From contig JAFMCU010000006.1 in assembly GCA_017857595.1 (NCBI GenBank), positions 10,364-74,363 on the forward strand: 64,000 nt of DNA, given 5' to 3'. The DNA is from Thermoprotei archaeon. GTDB taxonomy: Archaea > Thermoproteota > Thermoprotei > Gearchaeales > Gearchaeaceae. Both the position numbers and the translations under genes were made by a program. Below, one piece after another: positions 37,971 to 48,381 of the stretch (positions are counted from its first letter, which is position 1; the number at the start of each line of letters is the position of its first letter). Under the pieces are notes generated by a model. The model searched no databases. It was not told where the DNA came from and worked only from the letters and a program-made list of their open reading frames with translations.

Positions 37971-39170
37971 TTGCCAATCATAGGAATTTTAGGTAAGCCT
38001 AATTCAGGTAAGACAACATTTTTCAACGCGCTTACAATGCAATCTGCAAAAGTTGCGCCATATCCTTTTACAACGATTGAACCAAACAAAGGAATTGCAT
38101 ATGTAAGAGTTGAATGTGTATGCAAGGAATTTAATGTAAAAGATAATCCGAGAAATTCTGTTTGCGTTGATGGAATTAGATATGTGCCAGTTGAGCTAAT
38201 CGATGTAGCAGGTTTGGTTCAGGATGCATGGAAAGGTAGAGGACTGGGAAATAAATTTTTAGATGAAATCAGAAAGGCAGATGCTATAATACTTGTTGTT
38301 GATGTATCAGGAACAACAGATTCTGAAGGAAGGATTGTAAAGCCTGGAACTTATGATCCAATAAATGAACCTGAAATGATTTTCAATGAATTATTAATGT
38401 GGGTTTTTAACAATTTAAAAGAAGAAATTGAAAAGGATTTGAGAAAAATACAGAGACTAGATTACAATGAAAATGTTCAAATTTTAGAACGTTATCTAAG
38501 TGGATTTTCTTTAAAGAGAAAACAAATTGCAAACGCATTAATTAAATCTAGGCTTGAAAAGAAAAAAGTTGCTGAATGGAGTGAAGAAGAGATTAGGAAT
38601 TTTTGCAAAGAATTACTTTTATCGTCCAAGCCATTTCTGATAGCAGCTAATAAAATAGACCTGCCAACTTCAAACGAAAATTATAAAAGAATGAAAGAAA
38701 AATACAAAGATTTCATTATTATACCTACTTCAGCTGAATCTGAACTTGCTTTAAGGAAAGCAAAGGAAAACAAAATGATTGAATATAATGATGGTAAAAT
38801 TAGAATATTAAAAGAGATTGATGAAAAGCAAAGGAAAGCTTTAGAATACATTCAAAAAAACGTTTTAGAAAAATATGGTTCAACAGGTGTGCAAGAAGCA
38901 TTAGAAGCATGTTATTTCAAACTCTTAAACTACGTAGCTGTGTTTCCTGTAGAAGATCAAAATAAACTTACAGATCATGAAGGTAATGTTTTGCCAGATG
39001 TTTTCTTAGTTCCAAGCGATATGAATGTAAGAGATTTTGCGTCAGAATACATTCATACAGAACTTGGTAAATATTTCTTATATGCAATCGATGTGCGTAA
39101 AAAACAAAAACTAGGTGAAGATTATATTTTGAAACATAGAGATGTAATTAAAATTGTTTCTTCAAAATGA
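37971..39170 (+). CDS. ychF: YchF/Ola1 family ATPase/GTPase
   Basis: GKPNSGKTT, YPFTTIEPN, DVAG, NKID, C-terminal TGS domain. Confidence 0.94.
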   Translation: MPIIGILGKPNSGKTTFFNALTMQSAKVAPYPFTTIEPNKGIAYVRVECVCKEFNVKDNPRNSVCVDGIRYVPVELIDVAGLVQDAWKGRGLGNKFLDEIRKADAIILVVDVSGTTDSEGRIVKPGTYDPINEPEMIFNELLMWVFNNLKEEIEKDLRKIQRLDYNENVQILERYLSGFSLKRKQIANALIKSRLEKKKVAEWSEEEIRNFCKELLLSSKPFLIAANKIDLPTSNENYKRMKEKYKDFIIIPTSAESELALRKAKENKMIEYNDGKIRILKEIDEKQRKALEYIQKNVLEKYGSTGVQEALEACYFKLLNYVAVFPVEDQNKLTDHEGNVLPDVFLVPSDMNVRDFASEYIHTELGKYFLYAIDVRKKQKLGEDYILKHRDVIKIVSSK

Positions 39171-39226
39171 TAAAAATTTAAAAAATTTTATACTATTTAA
39201 ATATTATTCTATAATATATTTTTAGA

Positions 39227-39973
39227 GTGGAACAGGAATTAAAAAAGAAAATAATCGATTTACTAATAAAGGACGAAGAATTTAGATATGCTATACTAGG
39301 AATACTGGAAATTTCAGATGTAACAAAGAGACTGGATTTCTTAATTGAAAATAATAAAAAAATTTGGGAAGAAATTAGGTCTTTAAATGAAAGTCAAAAT
39401 AAACTTTGGGAAAGCCAGATTAAGCTTTGGGAAAGTCAAAATAAACTTTGGGAAGAAGTTAAAGCTTTAAGAGAAGGACAAAATAAGCTATGGGAAGTAG
39501 TTCTTGAACATTCGCATAAAATAGATATATTGTCAACAGAAATTTACAAGCTAAAATTAATTTTAGAAGAAATGCGTGGAGAAAGAGGTATTCCTTTTGA
39601 AAGATTAATTCTAAGCTTGTATAGCGATGCATTAAAAAAATTTGGAATATTTTATGAAAAAGTAGAGAAAAAGAAATTCATAGATAAAAGGGGAATAATA
39701 AGAGAAGTGGGAAGAGAAGTTGATGTAGATATTTATATTCATAACGATAAACGTTTTTTAATTGAAGTAAAAGCTTATTCTGATGATGAAGATGATGTTT
39801 GGAAAACCCTTAAAAGAGCTCAATTATTGAAAGAAGATTATAATTTAGACGTTCAGCCTGTAATTGTAGCTATCTCAATTGAAAAATCGGTATTAAATTT
39901 AGCAAAAGAGAAAAACGTTATAGTTATCTATGGTGATGTAACAAATTTTAAAGAGAAATACAAAGAAGATTAG
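39227..39973 (+). CDS. Coiled-coil plus PD-(D/E)XK nuclease-fold protein (DUF3782/paREP-like)
   Basis: DEEFRYAILG, QNKLWEE heptads, DVD...IEVK. Confidence 0.8.
   Translation: MEQELKKKIIDLLIKDEEFRYAILGILEISDVTKRLDFLIENNKKIWEEIRSLNESQNKLWESQIKLWESQNKLWEEVKALREGQNKLWEVVLEHSHKIDILSTEIYKLKLILEEMRGERGIPFERLILSLYSDALKKFGIFYEKVEKKKFIDKRGIIREVGREVDVDIYIHNDKRFLIEVKAYSDDEDDVWKTLKRAQLLKEDYNLDVQPVIVAISIEKSVLNLAKEKNVIVIYGDVTNFKEKYKED
39389..39493 (+). repeat. 21-bp in-frame heptad tandem repeats (5 degenerate units)
   Basis: GAAAGTCAAAATAAACTTTGG is identical at 39389 and 39431, with variants between and after. Confidence 0.85.
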
Positions 39974-40551
39974 CTTATATATTTAGTTAAGACTTTACTT
40001 TTAATCAGTTCAAATTTTTTCAAAGGATATATCTTTTTAGCTGCAGCATTCAGCTCTGCACTAACATTACCTAAGAATGTTTTTGAAATAAGCTCGTCTA
40101 AGCTTACATTGCTAAGTAATTCCTCAAATTTTTTAGTAACAGCTTTTCTTATTTCACTTTCAACCGAGTGGCCAACATGCTTTGCTGTTATAGCGAGTGC
40201 CTGCAATCTGCAATGTATGTTGTCTGTTGTATATACATCATAGAACGTATCTACTCTTGACGTACCTGGCCTTACAAGGCTTCTTACGTAATCTCTAGTC
40301 ATCTCATGTCCTTTAAATTTCGAGTATGCTTCATAACCGTCTACTTTTATTATTTGAAACTTTAATTTAATGTATTGAAAATAAATGTTATTCTGATCAT
40401 CCAAAAGGTCAGCAAGCGTAGTTTCAACCGTTCTTTTTAGAATGCTATCAGGGGTTTTTCCTAAAATTTGCGCAATGACTTTATCTTTAAATACCGAGTT
40501 AGCATGTACATTGTAAACATAAACTGGAGCCTTTTTTGAAGATTTACTCAT
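39970..40551 (-). CDS. rps3ae: 30S ribosomal protein eS1 (S3Ae)
   Basis: RTVETTLADL, FKGHEMTRDYVRSLVR, KIYPL, KSKVL; start moved to MSKSS. Confidence 0.94.
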   Translation of the reverse strand: MSKSSKKAPVYVYNVHANSVFKDKVIAQILGKTPDSILKRTVETTLADLLDDQNNIYFQYIKLKFQIIKVDGYEAYSKFKGHEMTRDYVRSLVRPGTSRVDTFYDVYTTDNIHCRLQALAITAKHVGHSVESEIRKAVTKKFEELLSNVSLDELISKTFLGNVSAELNAAAKKIYPLKKFELIKSKVLTKYIS

Positions 40552-40795
40552 TTTTAATACCCTTATTAAATGTTTTTTCAATTAAAGATATAAGCCTTAG
40601 AATCTCCTCTATCGTAGACTGAAATCTGTTTATATTTAACGATTCGATTTCCATATATACTCTTTTTTCTTTTACATCCATTTTTAATTTTAAATCTTTC
40701 GGTATATTTATATTATCTGGCAACAGTGAGTTAAATAGATTTTCTGCCATTTCCTTTGTTTTTAAATTTATTTCAATAAAGGCTGAACAGATCAT
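40544..40795 (-). CDS. pcc1: KEOPS subunit Pcc1
   Basis: SLLPDN motif, size, and conserved S15-DHH-Pcc1-S3Ae context. Confidence 0.85.
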   Translation of the reverse strand: MICSAFIEINLKTKEMAENLFNSLLPDNINIPKDLKLKMDVKEKRVYMEIESLNINRFQSTIEEILRLISLIEKTFNKGIKNE

Positions 40796-42135
40796 AACGA
40801 TGAATCCAATTCATCAATAAATTTTTTGACCAGGCTTTTTGGAATTATCGCTCCTGCCGAGTTTACATGACCTCCTCCTTTACAATTAATTTTTTTAGCG
40901 ACAGTCTTAACCAATTCTCCAATATTTACATTGTTAAAATTTCCTTTTAGCCTGATTGAGACTTTACAATTATCGTTAAGCGTTGTAGATATCATGATAA
41001 GAGGTTTTTTTGATATATTTGAAGATGCAAATAAAGATGAAAAATCGCCAGTCAATCTTGCAATGCTAAAATCGTTTAAATCTATATAAGCAATATTGTT
41101 AAATTCTTTTACTCTGTTCAAGATTATTTCAGAAAACTTTTTAATCTCATTAGAATAATTTATTAAAGATTCTTCAAATCCTTCTTTTATTTCTTCAGTT
41201 ATTAAATTCCTAATAATCGTATCATATTTATAGTATCTTCCGTGGTAATTCAATATCTTTGCTAAACTTCTTAAATTTTTTATCTTACCAAATCCTGTAA
41301 CTTCATAATTTAATCCAAATAGCCTTTCAATGTTATAAGCTTCATAGGATTCCTTTATAAGCTTCTTAGCTACTTTTTGACATATCCAAAATTGTTCTTT
41401 TTCATTTATTTTTCTTAATTCTTTTGATAAAAGTTCATTGGGTATACCACAATCGATTAAAAATTTTCTAGATTTTTCAATGTTTCCAAATATAGTTGGT
41501 ATAAACGGTTCAAAAATATAAGCGAATGTTTTCTCAAGTGTTTCATTAAAATCTACATAAGAAACAAGACCTAAGTTAGATGAACAAATACCTGCTTCTT
41601 CAGCTTCATCGTAAATTTCTTTGTTTAAACCCAAGAAAAATCTTTTTTCAGCTACATCTTGCTTATCTTCTAGCGCACCTGCTAAAGCAAGAGGAGATAG
41701 ATAGACTAAAGATTCATCAATGCTTTTAGCTAGAAGATATGCAATGCAAGATGAGCATGCGTCTTTGTTACCATCTATTTGAAATAGGTATGGATTAAGT
41801 AGCATCATTTGACCATAAATATCGTAATCTAAAATTTGATGATGATCTATCATAAGAATTCTTTTGTATTTTGAAAGTGTTATTATTTCTTCTGAAATTT
41901 GAAAATCGATTAAAATTATTCTATTAAAAGCTGATTCTTTTACATTTTCCACTTCATCTAAAGAGCTTACTGTTCTGAATACAAAAGGAATTTTTTTATT
42001 GTATAGTATTTTTATCAGTATTAAAGCAGCAGATAAACCGTCTGTATCATAATGAGAGACAATGAAAATAGGAGAATAGTCTTCCTCAATAAATTCAATA
42101 GCTCTTAAGATTTTGCTTTCAAGATTTGATTGCAT
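40792..42135 (-). CDS. DHH/DHHA1 phosphoesterase (RecJ-like)
   Basis: HYDTDG, IDHH, GGGH..SAG. Confidence 0.9.
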   Translation of the reverse strand: MQSNLESKILRAIEFIEEDYSPIFIVSHYDTDGLSAALILIKILYNKKIPFVFRTVSSLDEVENVKESAFNRIILIDFQISEEIITLSKYKRILMIDHHQILDYDIYGQMMLLNPYLFQIDGNKDACSSCIAYLLAKSIDESLVYLSPLALAGALEDKQDVAEKRFFLGLNKEIYDEAEEAGICSSNLGLVSYVDFNETLEKTFAYIFEPFIPTIFGNIEKSRKFLIDCGIPNELLSKELRKINEKEQFWICQKVAKKLIKESYEAYNIERLFGLNYEVTGFGKIKNLRSLAKILNYHGRYYKYDTIIRNLITEEIKEGFEESLINYSNEIKKFSEIILNRVKEFNNIAYIDLNDFSIARLTGDFSSLFASSNISKKPLIMISTTLNDNCKVSIRLKGNFNNVNIGELVKTVAKKINCKGGGHVNSAGAIIPKSLVKKFIDELDSSL

Positions 42136-42572
42136 TACTTTGGTACAAGTATATCATGCTTCCACTCTTGCTTCAATATATTCTCCCTTTTATAATATTT
42201 TGCAAGTCTGTTTATTTTAGAGATTATTTCTTCCAATCCTCTTTTAGCTCTGTAATCTTTTGGATGCTCTTTTAAATGTTCAATAACATTATTTGCCCTT
42301 TTTATTAGATTGGAAAGGTCTTCAGGAAATTCTGGCTTTAAATTTAATTCTTCCAATATATCTTTCATTTTCTTCCCTAATACATGTTTTACCAAAGGAA
42401 CACCATACTGATCTCTCAAAATTACTCCTATTGTTGAAGGCGGTGTTCCTTTCTTAGCCAAATCTGCAATAACTTTTTTTATTGCATCTGGGTCATGAAG
42501 TGAAATTAGACCTTCATTGATCCCTACAGGTCTTGTCGAATGTGATTTGCCCTTTTCTCTGCCTCTTCGCAT
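42135..42572 (-). CDS. rps15: 30S ribosomal protein uS15
   Basis: GKSHSTRP, IGVILRDQYG, PEDL, HPKD, RLAKYYK. Confidence 0.96.
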   Translation of the reverse strand: MRRGREKGKSHSTRPVGINEGLISLHDPDAIKKVIADLAKKGTPPSTIGVILRDQYGVPLVKHVLGKKMKDILEELNLKPEFPEDLSNLIKRANNVIEHLKEHPKDYRAKRGLEEIISKINRLAKYYKRENILKQEWKHDILVPK

Positions 42573-42608
42573 ATCATTATTTATCTACATTCTTTATTAA
42601 TAAAATTT

Positions 42609-43175
42609 GTGAAATTTTCAATTGTTTTAATAACTGGAAATGAAAACAAGTATAGAGAAATAAAAATTTTACTATCTAAATTTAAAATTGAAATTGAAAA
42701 ATTGGATTTAGATATTCCAGAAATACAGTCCAACGAAATTGAAGAAATTATAAGCGATTTTATTAAAAAAGCTTATGAAGAAGTAAGAAAGCCAGTAATT
42801 GCTGAAGATTCTGGTTTATTTATAAGAAAACTTAACGGTTTTCCTGGACCTTATACTTCTTATGTTTATAAAACACTTGGCAATGAAGGGGTTATTAAAC
42901 TAATGAGGGATATTGAAGATAGATATGCTGAATTTAAATGCGCACTTGCCTATAAAGATGATAAATATGAAAAGGTATTTATCGGAATTTCAAAAGGAAA
43001 AATTTCAAATGAGATTAGAGGAAAAGGTTGGGGGTTTGACCCAATATTTATTCCTGAGGAAGCAAGCCTAACTTTTGGAGAAATGAATGTAGAGGAGAAA
43101 AATAACTATTCTCACAGAGGAAGAGCAATCAATCTATTCATTGAATGGTTCAGGAAAACGTATATGATTGATTAA
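42609..43175 (+). CDS. rdgB: Non-canonical purine NTP pyrophosphatase (RdgB/HAM1)
   Basis: TGNENK, EDSGL, GFPG, GFDPIF, SHRGRA. Confidence 0.95.
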   Translation: MKFSIVLITGNENKYREIKILLSKFKIEIEKLDLDIPEIQSNEIEEIISDFIKKAYEEVRKPVIAEDSGLFIRKLNGFPGPYTSYVYKTLGNEGVIKLMRDIEDRYAEFKCALAYKDDKYEKVFIGISKGKISNEIRGKGWGFDPIFIPEEASLTFGEMNVEEKNNYSHRGRAINLFIEWFRKTYMID

Positions 43176-43849
43176 AATATTTTAACTCTCCTTCTTTCAG
43201 CAATATATCTTCCTCTTCTTCTAATTTCTTTTAACTTATTTAAGATTTCACCATGATTTTTCATAAAAATCGAATATCCTTTCATAAAATATTCGAAGCT
43301 TTCTTTTGAAAGGCTGCTAAAGCTACTTTCTATGTTTCTAAGAAATAAGTGAATATCAATCCCTTTGTCTTCAACTCTATTGGAAAATTCAGATAGACCA
43401 AAGTCTATTGTACAAATTTTTCCATCATTAAGCATGATAAAATTACTTAATGTAACATCTCCATGAACAATATTTATTGAATGAAGTTTACTTAATATTC
43501 TTCCTATTTCAAATGAAAATTCTTTATGTTTTTTTGGAAAAATTTCTTTAAGAATTGTCCCATCAACATATTCCATAATAATGGTCGAATTTTCCAAATC
43601 TACATCGTATAAATATGGCACTCGCACGTTTTCTTCTAAAGAATAATACATTATTTTGGCTTCTTTGATAGTTCTTATTGATCTTATTTTTGAATCTAAA
43701 ATAGGATGTCTCCAAAGTTTAGGTACACGAACTTTAAATATTGCTTGTAAATCAAACCACCTACCTTGCCAAATTTCTGCTTCAGCGCCCTTTTTTATTA
43801 ATTTGTCTTTAATTATCTCCAAGGTATATCTACTTGATCCAATCTCCAC
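43172..43849 (-). CDS. bud32: KEOPS kinase Bud32
   Basis: GAEA, HGDVTLSN, IDFGL, RRGRY. Confidence 0.95.
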   Translation of the reverse strand: MEIGSSRYTLEIIKDKLIKKGAEAEIWQGRWFDLQAIFKVRVPKLWRHPILDSKIRSIRTIKEAKIMYYSLEENVRVPYLYDVDLENSTIIMEYVDGTILKEIFPKKHKEFSFEIGRILSKLHSINIVHGDVTLSNFIMLNDGKICTIDFGLSEFSNRVEDKGIDIHLFLRNIESSFSSLSKESFEYFMKGYSIFMKNHGEILNKLKEIRRRGRYIAERRRVKIF

Positions 43850-44796
43850 ATAGGCTTTACATAGCTTCTAATTGGATCAATTGTTACCTTATGCATAAAA
43901 GCAAGCATACCTGTTAAAGCAATCATTCCTCCATTATCTCCTGCATATTCCCTAGGAACAACTTTAAAACTGACGTTCTGGCCCTGTGCTAATTTCTCAA
44001 GTTTTTCCTTCAATATTATTGATCTTGAAGTACCACCGGTTAAAAGAATGGATTTTTTATTTGTATACGCGATTGCTCTTTCTATTGTTTCGCAGAGCAT
44101 GCTATAAGCATATTCAATAAAGCTTAAAGCTACATCCTCAACCCTATATCCTTCCTTGATTAACTTCAAAGCAGATGTGATCAAACCTGAGTAAGATACA
44201 TCTTGACCTTTTACAACTAATGGTAAATCAAGCAATTGTTTACCTTCCATTGCAAGCTTTTCTACATTAATTAATTCAGGATATTCGACTCCGATCATTC
44301 TACCAAAGTAATCAACAGCATTTCCAAGCGCAATATCTTGTGTCTCTCCAAATATCCTATATCTTCCTTCAACGAATGTTGTTATTATGGTGTTTCCTCC
44401 TGCAATATAAACAATTAATGGATCTTCTTCATTGCATGCATACCTTGCTATTTCTAAATGTGCTACAGCATGATTTACTGGAACTAGAGACAGTTGGAAT
44501 TGCAAAGATAAAAACCTAGCAATGGTAGCTCCAGTTCTCAAACATGGACCTAAGCCAGGACCAAGGGCAATCGCTATAGCGCTTAAATCTTTCATTCTTA
44601 CATTTGCTAGTTTTAAAGCTTCATTTATAACTTCAGCAGCATTTTCTGAATGGTGGATTGCAGCTTCTCTAGGATGAATACCCTTTCCTTTAGGAGGGAT
44701 ATATGTAGAGTTAACGTTGGCTAATATATTTAATTTTTCATCAACGATACCAACACCAAAAGTGTGAGCAGTACTCTCTATACCAAGAAGAAACAT
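43813..44796 (-). CDS. kae1: KEOPS t6A synthase Kae1
   Basis: GIESTAH, HAVAHLE, GGNT, GETQD, DNGGMIA. Confidence 0.96.
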   Translation of the reverse strand: MFLLGIESTAHTFGVGIVDEKLNILANVNSTYIPPKGKGIHPREAAIHHSENAAEVINEALKLANVRMKDLSAIAIALGPGLGPCLRTGATIARFLSLQFQLSLVPVNHAVAHLEIARYACNEEDPLIVYIAGGNTIITTFVEGRYRIFGETQDIALGNAVDYFGRMIGVEYPELINVEKLAMEGKQLLDLPLVVKGQDVSYSGLITSALKLIKEGYRVEDVALSFIEYAYSMLCETIERAIAYTNKKSILLTGGTSRSIILKEKLEKLAQGQNVSFKVVPREYAGDNGGMIALTGMLAFMHKVTIDPIRSYVKPMWRLDQVDIPWR

Positions 44797-44966
44797 TACT
44801 TTTTAACTGAAATGAATTCTGTATATCCACACTTCCCACAGGACCATCTATCTGGTTGCTTATGCCTAGCCATGAATACTCCGCATCTTGGGCATTTCTT
44901 ATTTTTTCTTTTAATTGTATTAGTAGAAGGATCCACATCAAATATTTTGTGTATATAAGGCATCAT
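44796..44966 (-). CDS. rps27ae: 30S ribosomal protein eS31 (S27ae), 56 aa, no ubiquitin fusion
   Basis: Not in ORF track; [56 protein letters not shown]. Confidence 0.95.
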   Translation of the reverse strand: MMPYIHKIFDVDPSTNTIKRKNKKCPRCGVFMARHKQPDRWSCGKCGYTEFISVKK

Positions 44967-44970
44967 TCCA

Positions 44971-45333
44971 TCACTTCTTCTCTTTACTCTGTTTTAACTC
45001 TAATTTCTTTTTCTTTTTTTCTTCTAATATTTTCTTCCTTTCTTCTTTATTCTTATGTCTTAAAATTACATGTTCAAGCTCTATTTTTTTGCTATCAAGA
45101 TCTTTGTATACTAAAGCTATAGAATAAGCCTTTGTTCCTCCATATCTCGAAATCAACTTTCTGATTATGATTTTTTCAGCGTTTTCATTTAGAAATTTTG
45201 CTAAAGCTTCTATTACTTCCTGTCTTTTAGGAAATGGTTTGTTCTCTAAATTCAACTGAATCATATACTCATCCCTGTTTAAATAGGGATTCTCAAATTT
45301 TTCTAAGATTTGAATATCCTTTGGGTCCAACAT
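44971..45333 (-). CDS. rps24e: 30S ribosomal protein eS24
   Basis: [17 protein letters not shown]...VY; S24e-S27ae-Kae1 context. Confidence 0.92.
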   Translation of the reverse strand: MLDPKDIQILEKFENPYLNRDEYMIQLNLENKPFPKRQEVIEALAKFLNENAEKIIIRKLISRYGGTKAYSIALVYKDLDSKKIELEHVILRHKNKEERKKILEEKKKKKLELKQSKEKK

Positions 45334-45902
45334 TAAAACATTCTTTGTATCATCTTTCTTAATATAAATCTTTTTCTTTTATTTACAATTACGATTTCAA
45401 TTCCAAAATTTGGAAGGCCGAATATAACCAATGAATTATCATTCTCTTCAATTAATGGAACAATAGCAAGAAGATCTTCCTCCCCATCAACCAAGATAAT
45501 ACAATTATCTTTAACTAATTCTTCTTTAACCTTTAAATAATTATCAAGTGATAGCGTGCCTTTAGGGTTTTTTATACGCAGCACTCTGTTGAAAGTGCTT
45601 ACATCAATTTTTTCATCCAATTTTTTGTTTTCCAAATATCCGTCAATAATTGCAAAATTCACATTTATTTTATTTTCAATAAATGATCTAGTAACAAAAT
45701 CACCTATAGTAATTATCTTTTTAGGCTTTATTAATTCTATAATATCTTTAACATGATCCATTTTTTCATTGGGGTATCGAAACAGTGCAATACCAAAAAT
45801 CTTCTTAAGCTTCCTTCTTAAACTTTTAAATTTTCTTTTTCGATCTAAATAAAAGATCCTTTCTTTTTTACTCGTTTTGGAAACATCAATAAAATATTTC
45901 AT
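45333..45902 (-). CDS. GTP-dependent dephospho-CoA kinase (DUF359)
   Basis: IGDFVT, NPKG, VDGEEDL, GLPN. Confidence 0.85.
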   Translation of the reverse strand: MKYFIDVSKTSKKERIFYLDRKRKFKSLRRKLKKIFGIALFRYPNEKMDHVKDIIELIKPKKIITIGDFVTRSFIENKINVNFAIIDGYLENKKLDEKIDVSTFNRVLRIKNPKGTLSLDNYLKVKEELVKDNCIILVDGEEDLLAIVPLIEENDNSLVIFGLPNFGIEIVIVNKRKRFILRKMIQRMF

Positions 45903-46112
45903 TCATCTTACTTTTATTGCATACATGCCAGGTGTTTTAATTCCAATAAGCTTAGCTATCTCAGATTCCTCTGGTTTAAAAAGTATAAATATACCACTCC
46001 ATTCATCTGAAAAATCCTTTCCTTTACAATTTGGGCATATTTTTTCTTTTTTTGGTACTAGCATTTTGCAATTTGTACAAGCTTTGAAGCCATAGGTTGC
46101 TTTTCTTACCAT
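45903..46112 (-). CDS. spt4: Transcription elongation factor Spt4 (RpoE2)
   Basis: ACTNC, CPNC, WSG, SEIAK, PGMYA. Confidence 0.95.
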   Translation of the reverse strand: MVRKATYGFKACTNCKMLVPKKEKICPNCKGKDFSDEWSGIFILFKPEESEIAKLIGIKTPGMYAIKVR

Positions 46113-46685
46113 TTATTTCACCTTTTGCAATTTCTCTATATCTTCTTTTATCCATTCAGGTTTTCCCAAAAAAGGTTGTCTCATAGTAAAACCTAATTTA
46201 AAATTAGAAGAACCAGCTGAATAGCTAACTGTTGTTATTCTTGCTCTAACAGGATCGTGTTTAGCGAGTATTCTTTTGGTCTTTTTAGCTACAATTCTAT
46301 TTCCCTTTTTATCATAACTTACAAAATCATCGATAATTTGTGAAATATGAACTAAGCCTTCTATTGGGCCTATTTGTAAGAAAACTCCAAATTCCTTAAC
46401 ATCTACAACTTCAGTATCCACGACTTCTTTTACAGTAGGTATCCAAGCAAGGAACTCAAATTCAACTTCATTATAAAGAAAACCAGAACGAGAAACAATC
46501 ACACCGAAGCGAGAAGGTTTGGCAGAAAGGACACAAACAATGTATCCAATTTCTTGAATAAATTTATCTTCGTATTTTTCTCTTAAAATAGATAAAACTA
46601 CTTGTTCAAGGTTTAATTTAGGTTTTAAGTCTTTAGGAGATATAGCTACAACATCTTTTGTTCCAAATAGTCTAAACAAATTCAA
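46113..46685 (-). CDS. rpo7: RNA polymerase subunit Rpo7 (E')
   Basis: S1 domain FGVF...GLVHISQ, TMRQPFLGK. Confidence 0.95.
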   Translation of the reverse strand: MNLFRLFGTKDVVAISPKDLKPKLNLEQVVLSILREKYEDKFIQEIGYIVCVLSAKPSRFGVIVSRSGFLYNEVEFEFLAWIPTVKEVVDTEVVDVKEFGVFLQIGPIEGLVHISQIIDDFVSYDKKGNRIVAKKTKRILAKHDPVRARITTVSYSAGSSNFKLGFTMRQPFLGKPEWIKEDIEKLQKVK

Positions 46686-46744
46686 TCACTCTCTATTGAA
46701 TTTAATGAGTAATATTAATGATTTTCTACTTTTAAAAAGTTTTC

Positions 46745-47128
46745 TTAATACCTTAATACAGACAATCTTCCTTTTTCTTTAAGAATAATAACATCTATTC
46801 CTTTATTAAAAGCTTTATGAGCAAGTTCTAAATCAGCGGTTGCTATAACACAATTATTTTTTATTCCTATATTAATTAAATCTAAATCTGTATATTTTTC
46901 TTGACTTTCAAAAATTTTATTAAAATTTAAAGATAATTTTAAAGCTAAATTTGCCAATCTAGATTTTTTATCTTTACCTACTGATAAAGATTTTAATTCA
47001 TTTATTACATTTGTCGTTGTTGAGGGAATTAATTTTTCTCCTAAAAAATTTTCAGATTGAGATATTAAATTTTTACCTAACTTCATCATTTCAAGTAAAA
47101 AACTTGTATCAATCAGAAGATATCTCAT
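46745..47128 (-). CDS. PIN domain protein (Fcf1/Utp24-like)
   Basis: IDTSFL, VINEL, D..., ATAD; follows eif2g; start moved to MRYLL. Confidence 0.85.
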   Translation of the reverse strand: MRYLLIDTSFLLEMMKLGKNLISQSENFLGEKLIPSTTTNVINELKSLSVGKDKKSRLANLALKLSLNFNKIFESQEKYTDLDLINIGIKNNCVIATADLELAHKAFNKGIDVIILKEKGRLSVLRY

Positions 47129-48381
47129 ACAAGTTCGCCATAACCAACCAGCCTCCATTTACCTTGAATTTTTCTGCTAATTGCTACCTTTGTTTTCAAA
47201 TCACCGCATACTGGATTACCGAGATTGACTGTCATTGTATCCTTTTTAACCTGCGTAACAATGCCAATTGTTCTTGCAGGACCGACGTTCAATACAACTT
47301 CTTCCTTTAATTTAATGGGTTCTACTTTAATAGGTTCTTTCGTTCCAACAACTTGCTCAAATAATGTATAACTTACATTTATAGTATTCCAAACCTTTGG
47401 CATCCTTCCTGCAAGGCCAACGATGTTTCCTACAAGTTGATCTGCCTTAGTTAGAGAAGGATCTAAATTTGTTTCAATGCCTATTAGGCCACCAGGCAAA
47501 GCTTTTTCTAAATTTAGTTCACCACTTTTCAAATTTATAATCTTAGTGTAAAGAGGAACATATTCTGTTTTATTTTCTTTTTTAATTCTATAACCAGGCC
47601 TTATTTCTATTTCTTGACCTATCTCAAGCTTACCATGCACTATGCTTCCGCCTAGAACTCCTCCATGTAAGTCTTTATAATCAGTTCCAGGTTTATTAAT
47701 ATCAAAAGAACGAATGACATATACAAGTGGATCTTTTGTTTCATCTCTCTTTGGTGTCGGAAAATAGACCTCAAAAGCTTCGATTAATAAGTCTAGATTA
47801 GCTTTATGAAGTGCAGATATTGGTATTATGGGAGGATTTACCTCGACTAAATAAGAATTTTGTATCATATTTCTAATTTCTTTATAGCTCTCTAATGCTC
47901 TTTCTCTAGTTACAACATCCAGTTTATTCTGAACAATTATAATATTCTTTAAACCAATAATTTCCATGGCTTTAAGATGTTCCCTTGTTTGTGGTTGCGG
48001 AGCTGGTGCGGTTGCATCTATAACAAGAATACCTACATCCATCACTGCTGCCCCAGATAACATGGTTGATATTAACATATCATGACCGGGTGCATCAACG
48101 AAGGAAACATTTCTCAAAGGTATTAGCTTTGAACCGCAATGTATGCAATAACCGTTGTTTGATAGAGCATATGTAGTATAATTAGCTGGTGGTAAACATT
48201 GTGGACATTTCATTATCGTAGCCGTAGCATATCCAAGTTTAATGGTTATACCTCTTCTTATTTCTTCAGAATAACGTGCTGTCCAGGTTCCAGTTAATGA
48301 ATAAACTAAAGTAGTTTTACCATGGTCAACATGACCCAAAGTTCCTATGTTAATTTGTGGCTGGCCCAGCTCTTTAAACAT
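47125..48381 (-). CDS. eif2g: Translation initiation factor aIF2 gamma
   Basis: GHVDHGKTT, RGITIKLGY, DAPGH, QPQTREH, NKLD. Confidence 0.97.
   Translation of the reverse strand: MFKELGQPQINIGTLGHVDHGKTTLVYSLTGTWTARYSEEIRRGITIKLGYATATIMKCPQCLPPANYTTYALSNNGYCIHCGSKLIPLRNVSFVDAPGHDMLISTMLSGAAVMDVGILVIDATAPAPQPQTREHLKAMEIIGLKNIIIVQNKLDVVTRERALESYKEIRNMIQNSYLVEVNPPIIPISALHKANLDLLIEAFEVYFPTPKRDETKDPLVYVIRSFDINKPGTDYKDLHGGVLGGSIVHGKLEIGQEIEIRPGYRIKKENKTEYVPLYTKIINLKSGELNLEKALPGGLIGIETNLDPSLTKADQLVGNIVGLAGRMPKVWNTINVSYTLFEQVVGTKEPIKVEPIKLKEEVVLNVGPARTIGIVTQVKKDTMTVNLGNPVCGDLKTKVAISRKIQGKWRLVGYGELV

Noticed and set aside
39389-39493. 21-bp repeats as a CRISPR array
   Set aside because: In-frame heptad-coding repeats without unique spacers.
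44741-45122. Track ORFs 44741-44941, 44764-44958 and 44856-45122
   Set aside because: Wrong-frame or antisense overlaps of the real rps27ae (44796-44966) and rps24e.
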